This document shows, in pieces, positions 62,250-64,000 of a stretch of DNA of 64,000 bases. The notes below the pieces were generated by a model. That model had not been told where the DNA came from. It saw only the letters and a program-made list of their open reading frames with translations, and searched no databases. The stretch lies in the NCBI GenBank assembly GCA_000002435.2, contig CM018793.1, one strand, 5' to 3'. The first letter of the stretch is position 1. The number at the start of each line of letters is the position of its first letter. Both the position numbers and the translations under genes were made by a program. The DNA comes from Giardia intestinalis (taxonomy: Eukaryota).

Positions 62250-63534
62250 TTCGCCGCCATCCATGCAAGATATTACAGCATGCACGAGTTGGCCCTCCAA
62301 AACTGTAAATCTGGGTATAAGACTCACTCAGCTCGAGTAGAGGAATCATCTACTGAGAGTAATTGTCCCTCGCCTGAAGCGTGTCCAGACGTCTCACGGG
62401 CAGCAAGCCTGGCCCTCTGAGGGTGGGGTGGTTGTAGGTAGCAAGCAGGGACTCTCCTCCACTGGTGCAAAGGGACGACCAGGGGCCCCGTGCGGTCGTC
62501 GGTGCCCGTGCCTCCGTGTCTCGTGCAGCGCAAGCTGGAGATCAGACCAGCCCGGCGACCAGTGCAGAGCCCGACAAGTGCAAGGCGGTGGGCGTGGGTG
62601 TCATCCAGCAATCAGAGGGATACCACAGCGAGAGGACAGGGGCACATACGGACACCACCCACCCGGTCCCCATCAGGAGCCCCCTATCAGTCCTCTTCTA
62701 CCCACTAGCTGGACCGGGACCCAGGGACTGCAACTGTAGGAGCGCTGCCCGGGACACAGCCGGACGGACACCGAGGGGCCCAGCCAACGGGGAGCCCCGA
62801 TGGCAGCAGTTGTGATAAATGGGAGCATCTAAAAGGACAGCGGCCAGAGCCTCACCCACCGTGAAGCGAGGGACCTCTAGCAAACCACACGAGCCTGTGA
62901 GAAGGCCAGGGCTTTAGACGCACACTCTCAGATAGCGCACGTCCCCGCGGAGCAACCGAGGAAGGCAAAAGACTCTGGATACAATACTAGAGAGAAGCCC
63001 CTGTTTGCTGTCTACAACCAACTCTCGCCCTCAGACTGGCCAGGAATTGAACGAGAAGTTATTCGTGAGACTCCTAGATCACGCTCAGATGGGGGCTTAG
63101 CAGCACAGTATAAACGGATATCAGTGTCTAGGGGAGCAGCCTGTTTGGCGTTGGCCGACTTAGTCTTGAGCAGAGCCATCCTCTCTAAGACGACCTGTAT
63201 AAAGAGTGAGAGCAATAGCAAAGCATCAGGATAGTGATCGCCAGTTGGGTGCGGTAGAACACGTGATAGTTACGGGTGTCACATACAAGAAGGCTGTGGG
63301 CACTATGGTAGAGGACAGCACTCAATACTCCAGAGCTGGATGCCACTGCGCCCTAAGTACTGGTAGAGATGCGATCTGACAGTCAGCACTCTCCACTGGG
63401 CACGTATTGGACAGCCTTTTGAGATGGAAGTTGATGATAATCGAGATTGACTGGTAACTCTAAAAACAGAGCTTGTTCACCAGAAGAGTGCGCTGCCACC
63501 AGCAGAGCTTTATCACCATCTGTGTCGCACTATA

Positions 63535-64000
63535 ATGTTGCTGATTGCATTGCACCTTGCGACAAGCATACTCGCGGCGCCTTGCCAGCCAGACGGAGAC
63601 CATGCCGCGAGCTGCCAGACCGACAAGTGCGAGACGGTCGGGTACTCCGAGATCTGCACCGAGTGCAGGGCCGGGGGCGTCCCGGTCGGCGGCTTCTGCT
63701 GGCCCCCCGGCTCCCCCCAGGCCGCGGCGGCCGGGTGCACCAGGGCAGACGGGACCGCGTTGGCGGGCTCGGATACTGCCTGCGGAAAGTGCGGGGACGG
63801 GTACTTCCTCTTCATGGGCGGGTGCTACAAGACGAGCCAGTGGTCTGAGATCTGCACGGCGGCCGACAAGGGGGTGTGCACCACCTGCAAGGCAGACGCT
63901 GTGTATCTATTCCAGAACCCGGCCAGCCCAGTAGCCCCTGGCAACGAGTGCGTGCTTTGCTCAGACGTCACTCCGCGAGACGGAGTCACGGGGGTGGCGG
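63535..64000 (+). CDS. VSP gene, 5' portion (runs off the window end); canonical start and signal peptide 'MLLIALHLATSILAAPCQPDGDHAASCQ...'
   Basis: Frame traced by hand from ATG at 63535. The mature N-terminal ~140 aa are identical to the minus-strand VSP at 56241-56654. Confidence 0.7.
   Translation, partial: MLLIALHLATSILAAPCQPDGDHAASCQTDKCETVGYSEICTECRAGGVPVGGFCWPPGSPQAAAAGCTRADGTALAGSDTACGKCGDGYFLFMGGCYKTSQWSEICTAADKGVCTTCKADAVYLFQNPASPVAPGNECVLCSDVTPRDGVTGVA
63587..64000 (+). repeat. Inverted repeat copy B (VSP 5' coding region); extends at least to the window end
   Basis: See copy A; identical translated ORFs 56403-56708(-) and 63447-63848(+) in the ORF track independently confirm it. 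Confidence 0.85.

Overview
This window is not prokaryotic. It is a compact, intron-poor segment of a Giardia intestinalis (lamblia) nuclear chromosome. The organism call rests on a surface-protein gene ending in the Giardia-specific variant surface protein tail ...CRGKA, followed immediately by the conserved VSP polyadenylation motif ACTTAGGTAGTAAAC, and on several CXXC-rich, EGF-like high-cysteine membrane proteins (HCMPs). There is no CRISPR array, no prokaryotic defense island, and no rRNA or tRNA that I could recognise by eye.

From about 0 to 54 kb the window is densely packed housekeeping and cytoskeleton genes on both strands with very short intergenic spacers. Calls I can support from motifs are:
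- a Sec63-type DExH helicase (Brr2/Mer3-like)
- a long-chain acyl-CoA synthetase
- an AMMECR1-domain protein
- a class-I Gln/Glu-tRNA synthetase
- a papain-family cysteine protease with a C-terminal membrane anchor
- ribosomal protein eL20 (L18a)
- a class-3 lipase
- a bacterial-type NH3-dependent NAD synthetase
- a three-DM10-domain Rib72/EFHC1-like flagellar protein
- an LMBR1-like 9-TM protein
- an HhH-GPD glycosylase-like protein
- a PPP-family Ser/Thr phosphatase
- a HAD hydrolase
- a secreted-type L-asparaginase
- ARF GTPase
- a Bet3-family TRAPP subunit
- an LRR protein
- an annexin-like alpha-giardin
- an FG-GAP-repeat type I membrane protein
- a NEK-type kinase with an ankyrin-repeat array

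The accessory part is an antigenic-variation locus at about 54.5-64 kb. It has a VSP gene on the minus strand, a large EGF-like HCMP gene on the plus strand split by a single frameshift, and the 5' end of a second VSP on the plus strand running off the window. The two VSP 5' coding regions form a perfect inverted repeat of at least 414 bp, and its breakpoint lies inside the signal-peptide codons. A further VSP-like gene at about 13.0-14.7 kb appears decayed (no signal peptide, stop just before the TM/CRGKA region), and an HCMP with a KKN tail lies at 23.6-26.0 kb. Several unusually long ORF-free gaps (about 1-1.6 kb) sit next to these cysteine-rich genes.
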